The notes under the pieces: model-generated
Told to the model about the DNA's origin: nothing
What the model saw: the letters and a program-made list of their open reading frames with translations, nothing else
Database searches by the model: none
Source of the DNA: Gemmatimonadota bacterium
GTDB taxonomy: Bacteria; Gemmatimonadota; Gemmatimonadetes; Gemmatimonadales; GWC2-71-9
Assembly: GCA_016713435.1 (NCBI GenBank)
Contig: JADJPD010000005.1
Span: 129,356 to 193,355, forward strand
Reading direction: 5' to 3'
DNA: 64,000 nucleotides
Position numbers and translations under genes: made by a program
In this document: positions 8,638 to 17,486 of the stretch, piece by piece
How the letters are laid out: every line of letters begins with the position of its first letter
Position numbering within the stretch: the stretch's first letter is position 1

Positions 8638-11491
8638 TTACGCCGCCCCCGAGGCCGACGAGCCGCCGAGCGTCCGCTTCACTTCCTCGACCCGGAACGA
8701 CTCGATGACATCGCCGACCTTGAGGTCGTTGTAGTTCTCGATGCCGATGCCGCACTCGAGGCCTTCCTTGACTTCCTTGGCGTCGTCCTTGAACCGCTTG
8801 AGGCTCGACATGGTGCCGGTGTAGACCACCGTGCCGTCGCGGACCACGCGGGCCTTGGCGGCGCGGGAGACGGTGCCGTTCTTGACCTGGCAGCCGGCGA
8901 TGGTGCCCACCTTGCTGACCTTGAAGAGCTGCAGCACCACGGCATCGCCGAGGACCGTCTCCTTGCTCTCGGGCTTGAGCAGCCCCTCGAGCGCGTTGCG
9001 GACGTCGTCGACCGCCTCGTAGATGATGCGGTAGGTGCGGACGTCCACCTGCTCGCGTTCCGCCGCCTGGCGCGCGCCCGAGTCGGGCCGCACGTGGAAG
9101 CCGATGATGATGGCCCCCGACGCCTTGGCGAGCAGCACGTCGCTCTCGTTGATGGTGCCGACGCCGCGGTGGACGATGTCCACCCGCACCTCGCCGGTGC
9201 TGAGCTGCCCCAGCGCGTCGGCGAGCGCTTCCGCCGGGCCGCCCTGGTCGGCCTTGATGATGAGGCGGAGGGCGCCCATCTGCCCCTGCGCCAGCGCGCG
9301 CGAGATGTCCTCGAGCGAGCCGCCGCGGGCGGTGCGCCGGTTCTGCGCCTCGCGCTCGAGCCGCTGGCGCTTCTGGGCGATCTCGCGCGCCTCCACCGCG
9401 TCGGTGGTGACGAGGAAGTTGTCGCCCGGCGTCGGGACGCCCTCGAAGCCCAGGATCTGCACCGGGATGGAGGGGCCGGCTTCCTTGACGTTCTTGCCGC
9501 GCTCGTCGAACAGCGCGCGCACGCGGCCGCTGAACTTGCCGCAGATGAAGTTGTCGCCGACGCGCAGCGTGCCCTTCTGCACCAGGATGGTGGCCACCGG
9601 ACCCTTGCCCGGGTCGAGGGTGGCTTCCACCACGGTGCCGCTCGCGGGGCGGTCCGGATTGGCCTTGAGGTCGAGGATCTCGGCCTGCAGCAGCACCTGC
9701 TCCAGCAGCTGGTCCACCCCGGTGCCCTTCTTGGCCGAGATGGGCGTGGCGAGCACCTGGCCGCCGAAGTCCTCGAGGACCACGTTGTGGGTCAGGAGGT
9801 CCTGCTTGACCTTCTGCACGTTGGCGGCCGGGAGGTCGATCTTGTTGATGGCGACCACCATCGGCACGCCGGCGTTCTTGGCGTGGCTGATGGCCTCGAC
9901 CGTCTGCGGCATGACGGCGTCTTCCGCCGACACCACGAGGACCACGATGTCCGTCACCTGCGCGCCGCGGGCGCGCATGGCGGTGAAGGCCTGGTGGCCC
10001 GGCGTGTCGAGGAAGGTGATCTTCTTGCCACTCGGCAGCGTGACGTGGTACGCGCCGATGTGCTGCGTGATGCCGCCCGCCTCGCCGGCCACGACGTTGG
10101 CCTTGCGGACGTAGTCGAGGAGCGAGGTCTTGCCGTGGTCCACGTGGCCCATGATGGTGACCACCGGCGGCCGCGCGACGGCGCCCTCCTCGGTGGCCTC
10201 GGCCTCGGCCTCGGTCTCCGTGGGGGCGGCGTACTCCTCTTCCTTCACCGCCTGGAAGCCGAACTCCGAGGCGATGAGCTCGATCTGGTCGAAGTCGAGG
10301 CGCTGGTTGACCGTCACCATCAGGCCCAGCTCCTTGAAGGCCAGCTGGACGATCTGGGTGGCCGGCACCTTCATGAGGTCGGCGAGCTCGGCCACCGAGA
10401 TGAACTCGTTGACGCGGACGCGGGTCTTCTCGCGCTCCCGCTCCTCACGCTGCCGCTCGAGCGCCTCCTGGTAGCCCGAGGAGTCGCGCCGGACGCCGCG
10501 CTTGGCGGTGCCGCGCATGCCGGCCAGCGTCTTCTCGATGTTGGCCAGCACCGCATCCTGGTCCACGGTGTTCTTGCGGGCCTTCTTCTTCTTCCGGCCG
10601 CCCCCCTTCTCCGCGTCCGGGCCGAAGGTGCGGGCCGGCGCCGCGCCGCCCGGCGCCCGGAGCCCCCGGCGCGCCGGGGCGTCCCGGAGGACCACCCGGA
10701 CGGCCGGGACCGCCCGGCCGCGACGGACCACCGCCCTGCCGGGCGCCGCCCGGGCCGCCGGAGCTGAAGACCGGCTTGGGGCGGTTGAAGCGCTGCACCT
10801 CGCCGCCCGGCGGCACGACGGGCCGCGGGATGCGGGTGGGAATCCGGGGGAGCGGGCCCGAGGGCGCGCTGGGCGCCGACGGCGCCCCGCTCGCCGCGGC
10901 CGGCACACCCGGGGCCGAGGGCGGCGCCGTGGGGGCCTCGGGCTTGAAGAGCGGCGCGGCGGGGCGCGGGGGCGGCGCCGGGATGAACGGCGTGGCGGCC
11001 CGCGGGGCTTCCGCCTCGGTCTCGGCCTCGGCGGGGAGCGGCGGCAGGTCCTTGAAGAGCGCGCGGGCCCGTTCCTCGATGGACGAGGGCAGCACCGGCT
11101 CGTCGCGCTTCTCGACCGGGCGCGTCAGCTCCAGCGCCTCGATCCGCAGCGCCTCCGCGGCGCGCTCGGCCTCGGCCTGGGCCTCGACCTGCGCCACCTC
11201 GGCGGCCGTGCGGCGGCGCTTGGCCGGCTTGGGGCCCTCGGCGGCGGGCTCCGCCTCCACGGCGGGCTTGGCGGCCTTCTTGCGGCCCTTCTTGGGTGCG
11301 GGTTCCTCGGTGGCCTGTGCCGCCTTCCGCTTCTCGCGCTCCCAGCGCACGCGGATGGCGGACACCTGCGAATCCTCGAGCGCGCTCATGTGCGTGCGCA
11401 CGAAGATGTTCATGTCCTTGAGCATGCCCATGAGCTGCTCGGCGGACACCCCGAACTCGGCTGCCAGATCGTGAACTCGAGTCTTGACCAC
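8638..11491 (-). CDS. infB: Translation initiation factor IF-2, interrupted by a 1-nt frame change near 10640-10665
   Basis: The N-terminus MVKTRVHDLAAEFGVSAEQLMGMLKDMNIFV... and the Pro/Gly-rich linker are in ORF 10445..11491(-). The remainder ...GGGRKKKKARKNTVDQDAVL...TIMGHVDHGKTSLLD... is in ORF 8638..10908(-). The span is 2854 nt, which is 951 codons plus 1 nt. Confidence 0.9.
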
Positions 11492-11758
11492 TCACGCCTC
11501 CCTGGGGGCTCCCGCCGGGGCCGCCTTCGCGATCCCCTGGGCGAGCGCCCGGTCCTGCACGCCGACGACCATGACCGCGGGCTTGCCCAGCCGCGCGCCG
11601 ATCGTCTCCGCCGACGGGCCCGCGTAGAGGGGAATCCCCTTCGCGACCGCCAGCCTCACCACTTTCTCGTTGGCGCGGGGACTCGCATCCCCCGCCAGCA
11701 CCACACACGCAAACCGGCCCTGCTGCAACCCGGCCCGCACCGCATCCACGCCGACCAC
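11492..11758 (-). CDS. L7Ae/YlxQ-family RNA-binding protein; 5' end uncertain
   Basis: ORF 11492..11758(-): VVGVDAVRAGLQQGRFACVVLAGDASPRANEKVVRLAVAKGIPLY. In-frame similarity (DEALLRLLGLGYRAGAA) continues upstream of the first available GTG. Confidence 0.6.
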   Translation of the reverse strand: MVGVDAVRAGLQQGRFACVVLAGDASPRANEKVVRLAVAKGIPLYAGPSAETIGARLGKPAVMVVGVQDRALAQGIAKAAPAGAPREA

Positions 11759-11807
11759 CGCCGCCCCCGCCCGGTACCCGAGCCCGAGGAGGCGAAGGAG
11801 GGCCTCG

Positions 11808-13130
11808 TCAGCCGGCGGCGTGGCCGTCCTCGCTCGCGTCTTCCGTCGTGAGCTCGGCCAGGAACGTCAGCAGCTGGTCGGTGCGCTCCGGCGTCATGCC
11901 CTCCACCTTCTCGATGTCCTCGCGATCGAGGTCGAGGAGCTGGCCCAGGGTCTGGTACCCGGCGCCGTGGAGCAGCGCCAGCAGCTCCGGCGAGAGCCCC
12001 TGGAGATCGGCGATCGGGATGGCCGACACGGCATCGTCCTCGGGCGGGAGCGGGGCGAACAGCGGGCCCTCGCCGCCGCGCTCGAGCCACTCGCGGCTCG
12101 AGTAGAGGTCGATCTTCCAGCCGGTGAGTTCGCTGGCCAGGCGGACGTTCTGCCCGTTGCGGCCGATGGCGAGCGACAGCTGGTCCTCGTCGACCACCGC
12201 CTGGATGGTCTTGCTCACCGGGTCGCTGAACACCTTGGCCACGCGGGCCGGCGCCAGCGCGAGCCGCGCGAAGCGCTCCGGGTCCGGCGACCACGGCACG
12301 ATGTCGATGCGCTCACCGCCGAGCTCGTTGACGACGGCCTGCACGCGGGAGCCCTTGAGGCCCACGCACGCGCCCACCGGGTCGATAGCGTCGTCGCGGC
12401 TGATGACCGCGATCTTGGTGCGGCTCCCCACCTCGCGGGCCCAGGCGCGGATCTCCACGATGGCCTGCTGGATCTCCGGGACCTCGAGCTTGAACAGCGC
12501 CTTGACGAACAGCGGGTCGGCGCGCGAGAGGATGAGCCGCGGGCCCTTGGGCGTTTCCTCGAGCCGCTTGAGCACGGCGCGGATGGTGTCGCCCTGGTGG
12601 AACTTCTCGCGGTGGTTCTGCTCGCGGTACGGGATGATGGCTTCCGCCTCGCGGAACTTGTTCAGCATGATGACGAGCTTGCCGCGCTCGATCTGCTGGA
12701 CCTCGCCCGAGAGCAGCTCGCCCACCTTGGAGGCGAACTCGTCGCGGATCCGGGTGCGCTCCCCCTCCCGCACGCGCTGGATGATCCGCTGCTTGGCCGC
12801 CTGCACCGCCAGCCGCCCGAACTCGGCGAAGGGGACCTCCTCCTCGAGCATGTCGCCGATGGCGAAGTCGGGGTCCTCGTACTGGGCCTCCTCGAGGGCG
12901 ATCTGCGCGCTGGCGTCCTCCACCACCTCCACCACCTGGCGGAGCCGGACGACCTTGATGGCGCCCTTGAGCTCGTCGAACTCGAGCTCGAAGCGCACGT
13001 TGGGCCCGTAGCGGCGCGCGAGGGCGGCGTGGATCCCGTCGCGGAGCAGGTCGAGCAGCTCGGCGCGGTCGAGTTGTTTGCTGGTGGTGAGCTCGCGGAT
13101 GGCGCTCAGCACCTCTGGGGAACCGGACAT
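11808..13130 (-). CDS. nusA: Transcription termination/antitermination factor NusA
   Basis: ORF 11808..13130(-): MSGSPEVLSAIRELTTSKQLDRAELL...DPVGACVGLKGSRVQAVVNELGGERIDIV...LAIGRNGQNVRLASELTGWKIDL. Confidence 0.95.
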   Translation of the reverse strand: MSGSPEVLSAIRELTTSKQLDRAELLDLLRDGIHAALARRYGPNVRFELEFDELKGAIKVVRLRQVVEVVEDASAQIALEEAQYEDPDFAIGDMLEEEVPFAEFGRLAVQAAKQRIIQRVREGERTRIRDEFASKVGELLSGEVQQIERGKLVIMLNKFREAEAIIPYREQNHREKFHQGDTIRAVLKRLEETPKGPRLILSRADPLFVKALFKLEVPEIQQAIVEIRAWAREVGSRTKIAVISRDDAIDPVGACVGLKGSRVQAVVNELGGERIDIVPWSPDPERFARLALAPARVAKVFSDPVSKTIQAVVDEDQLSLAIGRNGQNVRLASELTGWKIDLYSSREWLERGGEGPLFAPLPPEDDAVSAIPIADLQGLSPELLALLHGAGYQTLGQLLDLDREDIEKVEGMTPERTDQLLTFLAELTTEDASEDGHAAG

Positions 13131-13144
13131 CCCGTGTCTCCTGC

Positions 13145-13651
13145 CTAGGCGCGCCGCGGGCCCTGCTTGGGCTTCGGCGCCAGGTCATCAACTGTCTCGT
13201 CCTGCAGCAGTGCTTCCTTCACGTCGTGCAGCGCCACCTGCACCTCCGCCCCATCGGGGAGCCGGAGCCGCACGTGGGCCTCGTCGGGCACGCCGAGGAT
13301 CTCGGCCCGCGGGTGGCCGGCCACGCCGCGCGCCGTCAGCTTCACGGTGCGGCCGGCGTACCGGCGCCAGTGCTCGGGGAAACGCACCGGCCGTTCGATG
13401 CCGGGCGAGGACACCTGCAGCTGGTACCGCGACCCCACCCCGCCGGTCCCCTCGAAGAGCCGCTCGAGCGCCCGGCTCACCCGGGTGCAGTCCTCGGCGG
13501 TCACCCCGAACCCGGGCCGGCTGTCCGGCCGGTCGATACGCACCTGGATGGACAGATGCTGCGGCGGGCCAGCCTTGCGGAACTCCACCAGCTCGTAGCC
13601 GAGTTCCGTCACCTGGCGGCGAACGTCGGCGATGAGGGCGCTGTCGGTCAT
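13145..13651 (-). CDS. rimP: Ribosome maturation factor RimP
   Basis: ORF 13145..13702(-) trimmed to the ATG at 13649-13651: MTDSALIADVRRQVTELGYELVEFRKAG...YQLQVSSPGIERPVRFPEHW. The product is 168 aa. Confidence 0.85.
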   Translation of the reverse strand: MTDSALIADVRRQVTELGYELVEFRKAGPPQHLSIQVRIDRPDSRPGFGVTAEDCTRVSRALERLFEGTGGVGSRYQLQVSSPGIERPVRFPEHWRRYAGRTVKLTARGVAGHPRAEILGVPDEAHVRLRLPDGAEVQVALHDVKEALLQDETVDDLAPKPKQGPRRA

Positions 13652-13660
13652 GGGACCCAG

Positions 13661-13689
13661 AAAAAAAATGTGGGGGAACTCCCCCACAT
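13661..13689 (-). terminator. Intrinsic terminator / attenuator hairpin with U-tract, ending 9 nt upstream of the rimP ATG
   Basis: On the minus strand: AUGUGGGGG-AGUU-CCCCCACAU followed by a U run (plus-strand a8 at 13661-13668). Confidence 0.65.
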
Positions 13690-13736
13690 CAGACGCCGCC
13701 ACCTACCGCGGCAGGAGTTCCCCGGACAGCGGGCAA

Positions 13737-13765
13737 AGTATAGACGTGGTGCGGGGTTTCGTCAA
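13737..13765 (-). promoter_or_regulatory. Sigma70-like promoter for rimP-nusA-infB: TTGACG-N17-TATACT
   Basis: On the minus strand: TTGACG (13765-13760), a 17-nt spacer, then TATACT (13742-13737). Confidence 0.45.
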
Positions 13766-13870
13766 TTGCGGCAGGCGCGCAGTTTCGGGACGGAGGGGCC
13801 CCCGGATCCGGGAGGTTCCAGCGACCCGCCCCGCCGGCTCGACACCCGGAACGCGTGACCCCGGACCGGT

Positions 13871-14614
13871 TCAGCGGCCGAGCAGGCCGAGGTAGGCCAC
13901 CATCCGGCCGTCCTGCCCGCCGGACGCCCGATGGCTGTAGAACCGGTCGCGGTCATGGGCCGAGCACCAAGCCGATGTGGAAATGTTGCGAATGCCGAGC
14001 CGGTGCCCCTGGCCGGCGAGTACTTCGCGCAGATCCACGTGCCACGGACCCGGCCCTTCGGCGGGGAGTCCGCAGCCGGTCCGAACCTCAGAACCAACTT
14101 CATAGCACGGCCCGCAAATCCCAACGCCAGTGTGCATTAGCACGTCCTGCGGGTCCGTCCCTGCCGCCTCCACCATCCGGGCAAGTCCAGTCGACAGGAT
14201 CCCTGCGGCGGTCCCCCGCCAGCCACTGTGCAGAAGGGCGATGACGCGCCGGACGGGGTCCACCAGGTAGACCGGGATGCAGTCGGCGATGGTCACCGTG
14301 AGGAGGACCCCAGTAGCCGCGGTGGCGTGCCCGTCCACGCCGTCGATCTGCACCCAGCCCTGCCCTCCCTCGTGCCAGAGCACCGCCGGGCCGTGGACCT
14401 GATTGCCGAGGATGGTGGCCGGAAAGCCCGCCTCGGCACGCCGGAACGCCCGCCAGCGGGTCATCACCTCACCGACCGGGGCGGCCGTCCAGAGGCCGAG
14501 GTCGAATTCGCGGCCGGTGACGCCCGCGACGACGCCGTGCTGCTCCCGCCAGCCGGGGAGCTCATAGCGCGGGATCGGGCCGGGGACCAGGGCTTCGCGG
14601 AGGACGGTGGGCAT
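13871..14614 (-). CDS. pgeF: Laccase-domain / peptidoglycan editing factor PgeF (YfiH, DUF152) family protein
   Basis: ORF 13871..14614(-): ...ILGNQVHGPAVLW...DGHATAATGVLLTVTIADCIPVYL...ALLHSGWRGTAAGI...GICGPCYEVG...CSAHDRDRFYSHRA. Confidence 0.8.
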   Translation of the reverse strand: MPTVLREALVPGPIPRYELPGWREQHGVVAGVTGREFDLGLWTAAPVGEVMTRWRAFRRAEAGFPATILGNQVHGPAVLWHEGGQGWVQIDGVDGHATAATGVLLTVTIADCIPVYLVDPVRRVIALLHSGWRGTAAGILSTGLARMVEAAGTDPQDVLMHTGVGICGPCYEVGSEVRTGCGLPAEGPGPWHVDLREVLAGQGHRLGIRNISTSAWCSAHDRDRFYSHRASGGQDGRMVAYLGLLGR

Positions 14615-14652
14615 GGGCGAGGAACGTAACGGGGACCGGGGGCCTGACGCGC

Positions 14653-14683
14653 GGGCGGTCGCGAGGATTCCTCGCGACCGCCC
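14653..14683 (-). terminator. Strong GC hairpin downstream of murA (14-bp arms, no U-tract)
   Basis: GGGCGGTCGCGAGG-att-CCTCGCGACCGCCC, read directly; it lies 38 nt past the murA stop. Confidence 0.4.
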
Positions 14684-14720
14684 GAGAGACGCGGCCAGCT
14701 GCGGCCGGCGGCGGGCGGCG

Positions 14721-16001
14721 CTACTCCAGCCGCTCGATGTCGGCGCCGAGGGCGCGCAGGCGCTGGTCGATGTTCTCGTACCCGCGCTCGATCTGGCCCA
14801 CGTTGTGGATGGTGCTCTGCCCCTCGGCCGCCAGCGAGGCGAGCAGCATGGCCATCCCCGCCCGGATATCGGGTGACTCCACCGTGCCGCCGGAGAGCGG
14901 GGCCGGGCCGGAGATGACGGCGCGGTGCGGGTCGCACAGGACGATCCGCGCCCCCATGCCGATCAGCTTGTCCACGAAGAAGAGCCGGGACTCGAACATC
15001 TTCTCGAAGATCAGGATCATGCCCGCGCACTGCGTGGCGGTGACCACGGCGATGGACATGGCGTCGGCCGGGAAGGCCGGCCAGGGGCCGTCCTCGAGCT
15101 TGGGCACGTGGCCGCCGAGGTCGGGCCGCACCCGCCGCTCCTGCCCCGCGTCCACGATGAGCCGGTTTCCATCCACCCGCGGGCGCACGCCGAGGCGGTC
15201 GAAGCCGAGCAGGGTGCTGCGGAGGTCGTCCGGGCGGACGTCCTCGATGGTGAGGGGGCTGTTGGTGACGGCCGCGAGCCCGATGAAGCTGGCGATCTCG
15301 ATGTGGTCGGGGCCGATGGCGTAGCGGCAGCCGCCGAGGGGCTTCCCGCCGGTGATGGTGTAGACGTTGGTGCCGATGCCCTCGATGTCGGCGCCCATGG
15401 CCACGAGCAGGCGGGCCACGTCCTGCACGTGGGGCTCGGCGGCGGCGTTGCGGAGCACGGTGCGCCCCTTGGCGCGGACGGCCGCCATGAGCGCGTTCTC
15501 GGTGCCCGTGACGCTGGGTTCGTCGAGGAAGATTTCCGTCCCGACGAGCCCCTTCGCGGTGATCTCGTAGTTCTGCCCCAGGTTGAGTGAGGCGCCGAGC
15601 TGCTCCAGGACCAGGAAATGAGTGTCCACCCGCCGCCGTCCGATGACGTCCCCGCCCGGCGGGGGCAGCGTGACCGAGCCAAACCGCGCCAGCAGCGGGC
15701 CGGCCAGCAGGATGGACGCCCGGATCCTGGCGCAGAGCTCGGGTGAGAGCGGCTTGAGGCGGGCGCCGCGCCCGTCAATGCGCACCTCGTTGGGGGCGAT
15801 CCACTCGACGCTGGCGCCGAGGTCGGCCACGAGGGCGAGCATGGTCTCCACGTCCCGGATGCGGGGCATGTTGGCGAGCTCGACGGGGCCGTCGGCCAGC
15901 AGGGTGGCGGCGATGGCCGGGAGGGCGGCGTTCTTGTTGCCGGCCGGGCGGACGGAGCCGGCGAGGGGCCGGCCGCCGCGGACACGATAGCGAAGGGGCA
16001 T
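14721..16001 (-). CDS. murA: UDP-N-acetylglucosamine 1-carboxyvinyltransferase
   Basis: ORF 14721..16355(-) trimmed to the ATG at 15999-16001: MPLRYRVRGGRPLAGSVRPAGNKNAALPAIAATLLA...GGDVIGRRRVDTHF...IERGYENIDQRLRALGADIERLE. The product is 426 aa. Confidence 0.95.
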   Translation of the reverse strand: MPLRYRVRGGRPLAGSVRPAGNKNAALPAIAATLLADGPVELANMPRIRDVETMLALVADLGASVEWIAPNEVRIDGRGARLKPLSPELCARIRASILLAGPLLARFGSVTLPPPGGDVIGRRRVDTHFLVLEQLGASLNLGQNYEITAKGLVGTEIFLDEPSVTGTENALMAAVRAKGRTVLRNAAAEPHVQDVARLLVAMGADIEGIGTNVYTITGGKPLGGCRYAIGPDHIEIASFIGLAAVTNSPLTIEDVRPDDLRSTLLGFDRLGVRPRVDGNRLIVDAGQERRVRPDLGGHVPKLEDGPWPAFPADAMSIAVVTATQCAGMILIFEKMFESRLFFVDKLIGMGARIVLCDPHRAVISGPAPLSGGTVESPDIRAGMAMLLASLAAEGQSTIHNVGQIERGYENIDQRLRALGADIERLE

Positions 16002-16074
16002 GGCGCCAAAACTCGGGGCGCATGGTGCGCCCGTCAAGCTCGGTGGTATCTTGGTCTCCACGGAGGTACGCCCG

Positions 16075-16530
16075 ATGTTGCTGCTCCTGCAGGCCGGCAC
16101 GCTGCCGGCGTGGGTGGGTCCCACGATGGCGATCTCGCTGGTCGTCATCGCGCTGGCATTCGTGGTCATCGCCGGCGCCATCGGCATGGCGATCGCCCGG
16201 GTGCTCGGGGAGATCAAGAAGCTGCACGAGGCCGTGGAATCCCTGCGCGGGGACCTGCACCCCGCGGTCACGGCCGTCCGCTCCATCTCCGACGAGGGGC
16301 GCCGCCTGGCGGCGCTGGTCGGGGGCGAGGCCGAGGAGCTGGTGGCGGCCAGCAAGGCGCTGCGGGCCGGCCTGTCCGAGCGGGTGCAGAACCTCGAGGC
16401 GGTCTACGAGGTGCTGCAGGAGGAGGTGGAGGAGACGGCCATCGACCTGGCCATCACCCTCCGCGGCTTCCGGCGCGGGGCCGGCTGGTACGGCCGGATC
16501 CGGCGCCTCCTCGGGGCCGGGCGGCGTTGA
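16075..16530 (+). CDS. Membrane-anchored coiled-coil protein (DUF948-like)
   Basis: ORF 16000..16530(+) trimmed to the ATG at 16075, with GGAGG 8 nt upstream: MLLLLQAGTLPAWVGPTMAISLVVIALAFVVIAGAIGMAIARVLGEIKKLHEAVESL. It has one N-terminal transmembrane helix and a helical remainder. Confidence 0.55.
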   Translation: MLLLLQAGTLPAWVGPTMAISLVVIALAFVVIAGAIGMAIARVLGEIKKLHEAVESLRGDLHPAVTAVRSISDEGRRLAALVGGEAEELVAASKALRAGLSERVQNLEAVYEVLQEEVEETAIDLAITLRGFRRGAGWYGRIRRLLGAGRR

Positions 16531-17486
16531 CGACCAGGTCCGTCGCGCTGGCGGTCGCGCTCGGCGCGCTCGCCCTGGTGCTCTGCCCGGCGGCGCTGCA
16601 CGCCTGGACGCCCGGGACCCACATCTACCTCGGCGAGTCCATCCTCGCCAACCTGCAGGCGCTGCCCGGTGCCGTGGCGGACCTGCTCCGCGCCTTCCCG
16701 TTCGACTTCCTGTACGGCAACATCGCCGCCGACAGCTCCATTGCCAAGAAATACGCACCCGTGGGGCGCCACTGCCATCACTGGCACGTGGGCCAGGAGA
16801 TCCACGACCTGGCCACCAGCGACGCGCTCCGCGCCTTCGGCCTCGGCTACCTGAGCCACCTGGCCGCGGACGTGGTGGCGCACAATCACTTCGTGCCCCG
16901 GCAGCTGCTGCTCACCCGCTCCACCAGCGGGTTCGGCCACTCCTACTGGGAGAGCCGCTTCGAGCGCCCGCTCGGGCCCGCCTTTGCCCGGACGGCCAAG
17001 GAAGTGATCCTGCTGGACCATACGCCGGCGGACGCCCACCTCGACCAGATCATCGCGCCCACGATCTTCAGCGTGCGCACCAACCGCCGGCTGTTCCGCG
17101 GCATGGTGCACCTGACGGAGAGCGACGGCTGGCACCGCGCCTTCGAGGTGGCCGAGCGGCGGAGCCGCTGGGAGCTGGCGGTGCCGGACGTGGAGCGGCA
17201 CCTGGCGCTCTCCTTCGAGTACATCATGGGGATGCTGGCGGGCCCGGACTGTGAGGCACGCCGCTTCGACCCCTCCGGGGAGGAGCCGCTCCGGAAGGCC
17301 AAGTGGTGGCGGCGCGAGGTGCTGCTGGCCGGCGGGTGGCGCGATGCGTCGCGGCTCCACGACCGGGCGGAGGAGGCCTTCGGGCTGCCGGCCGCCGCCC
17401 TGCCCTACTGGAGCGCCGCCACCCTCAAGCGGCCCTGGCTCCAGCCCGCGTCAGCCTCGGCACCCGCCCAGGGCACCGGCGCGTGA
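16527..17486 (+). CDS. Zinc-dependent phospholipase C family protein
   Basis: ORF 16110..17486(+) trimmed to a TTG at 16527 that overlaps the previous stop (TTGA). The product has a signal-like LAVALGALALVLCPAALHAWTPGTHIYLGESIL, then FLYGNIAADS and YLSHLAADVVAHNHF. Confidence 0.65.
   Translation: MTTRSVALAVALGALALVLCPAALHAWTPGTHIYLGESILANLQALPGAVADLLRAFPFDFLYGNIAADSSIAKKYAPVGRHCHHWHVGQEIHDLATSDALRAFGLGYLSHLAADVVAHNHFVPRQLLLTRSTSGFGHSYWESRFERPLGPAFARTAKEVILLDHTPADAHLDQIIAPTIFSVRTNRRLFRGMVHLTESDGWHRAFEVAERRSRWELAVPDVERHLALSFEYIMGMLAGPDCEARRFDPSGEEPLRKAKWWRREVLLAGGWRDASRLHDRAEEAFGLPAAALPYWSAATLKRPWLQPASASAPAQGTGA

Noticed and set aside
10640-10665. Programmed ribosomal frameshifting as the explanation for the infB, fhs, gatA and miaA frame changes.
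   Set aside because: There are no slippery heptamers (X XXY YYZ) or downstream pseudoknots. Both +1 and -1 changes occur, all in short G/C runs, at roughly one per 8 kb and in unrelated genes. This pattern fits assembly indels.
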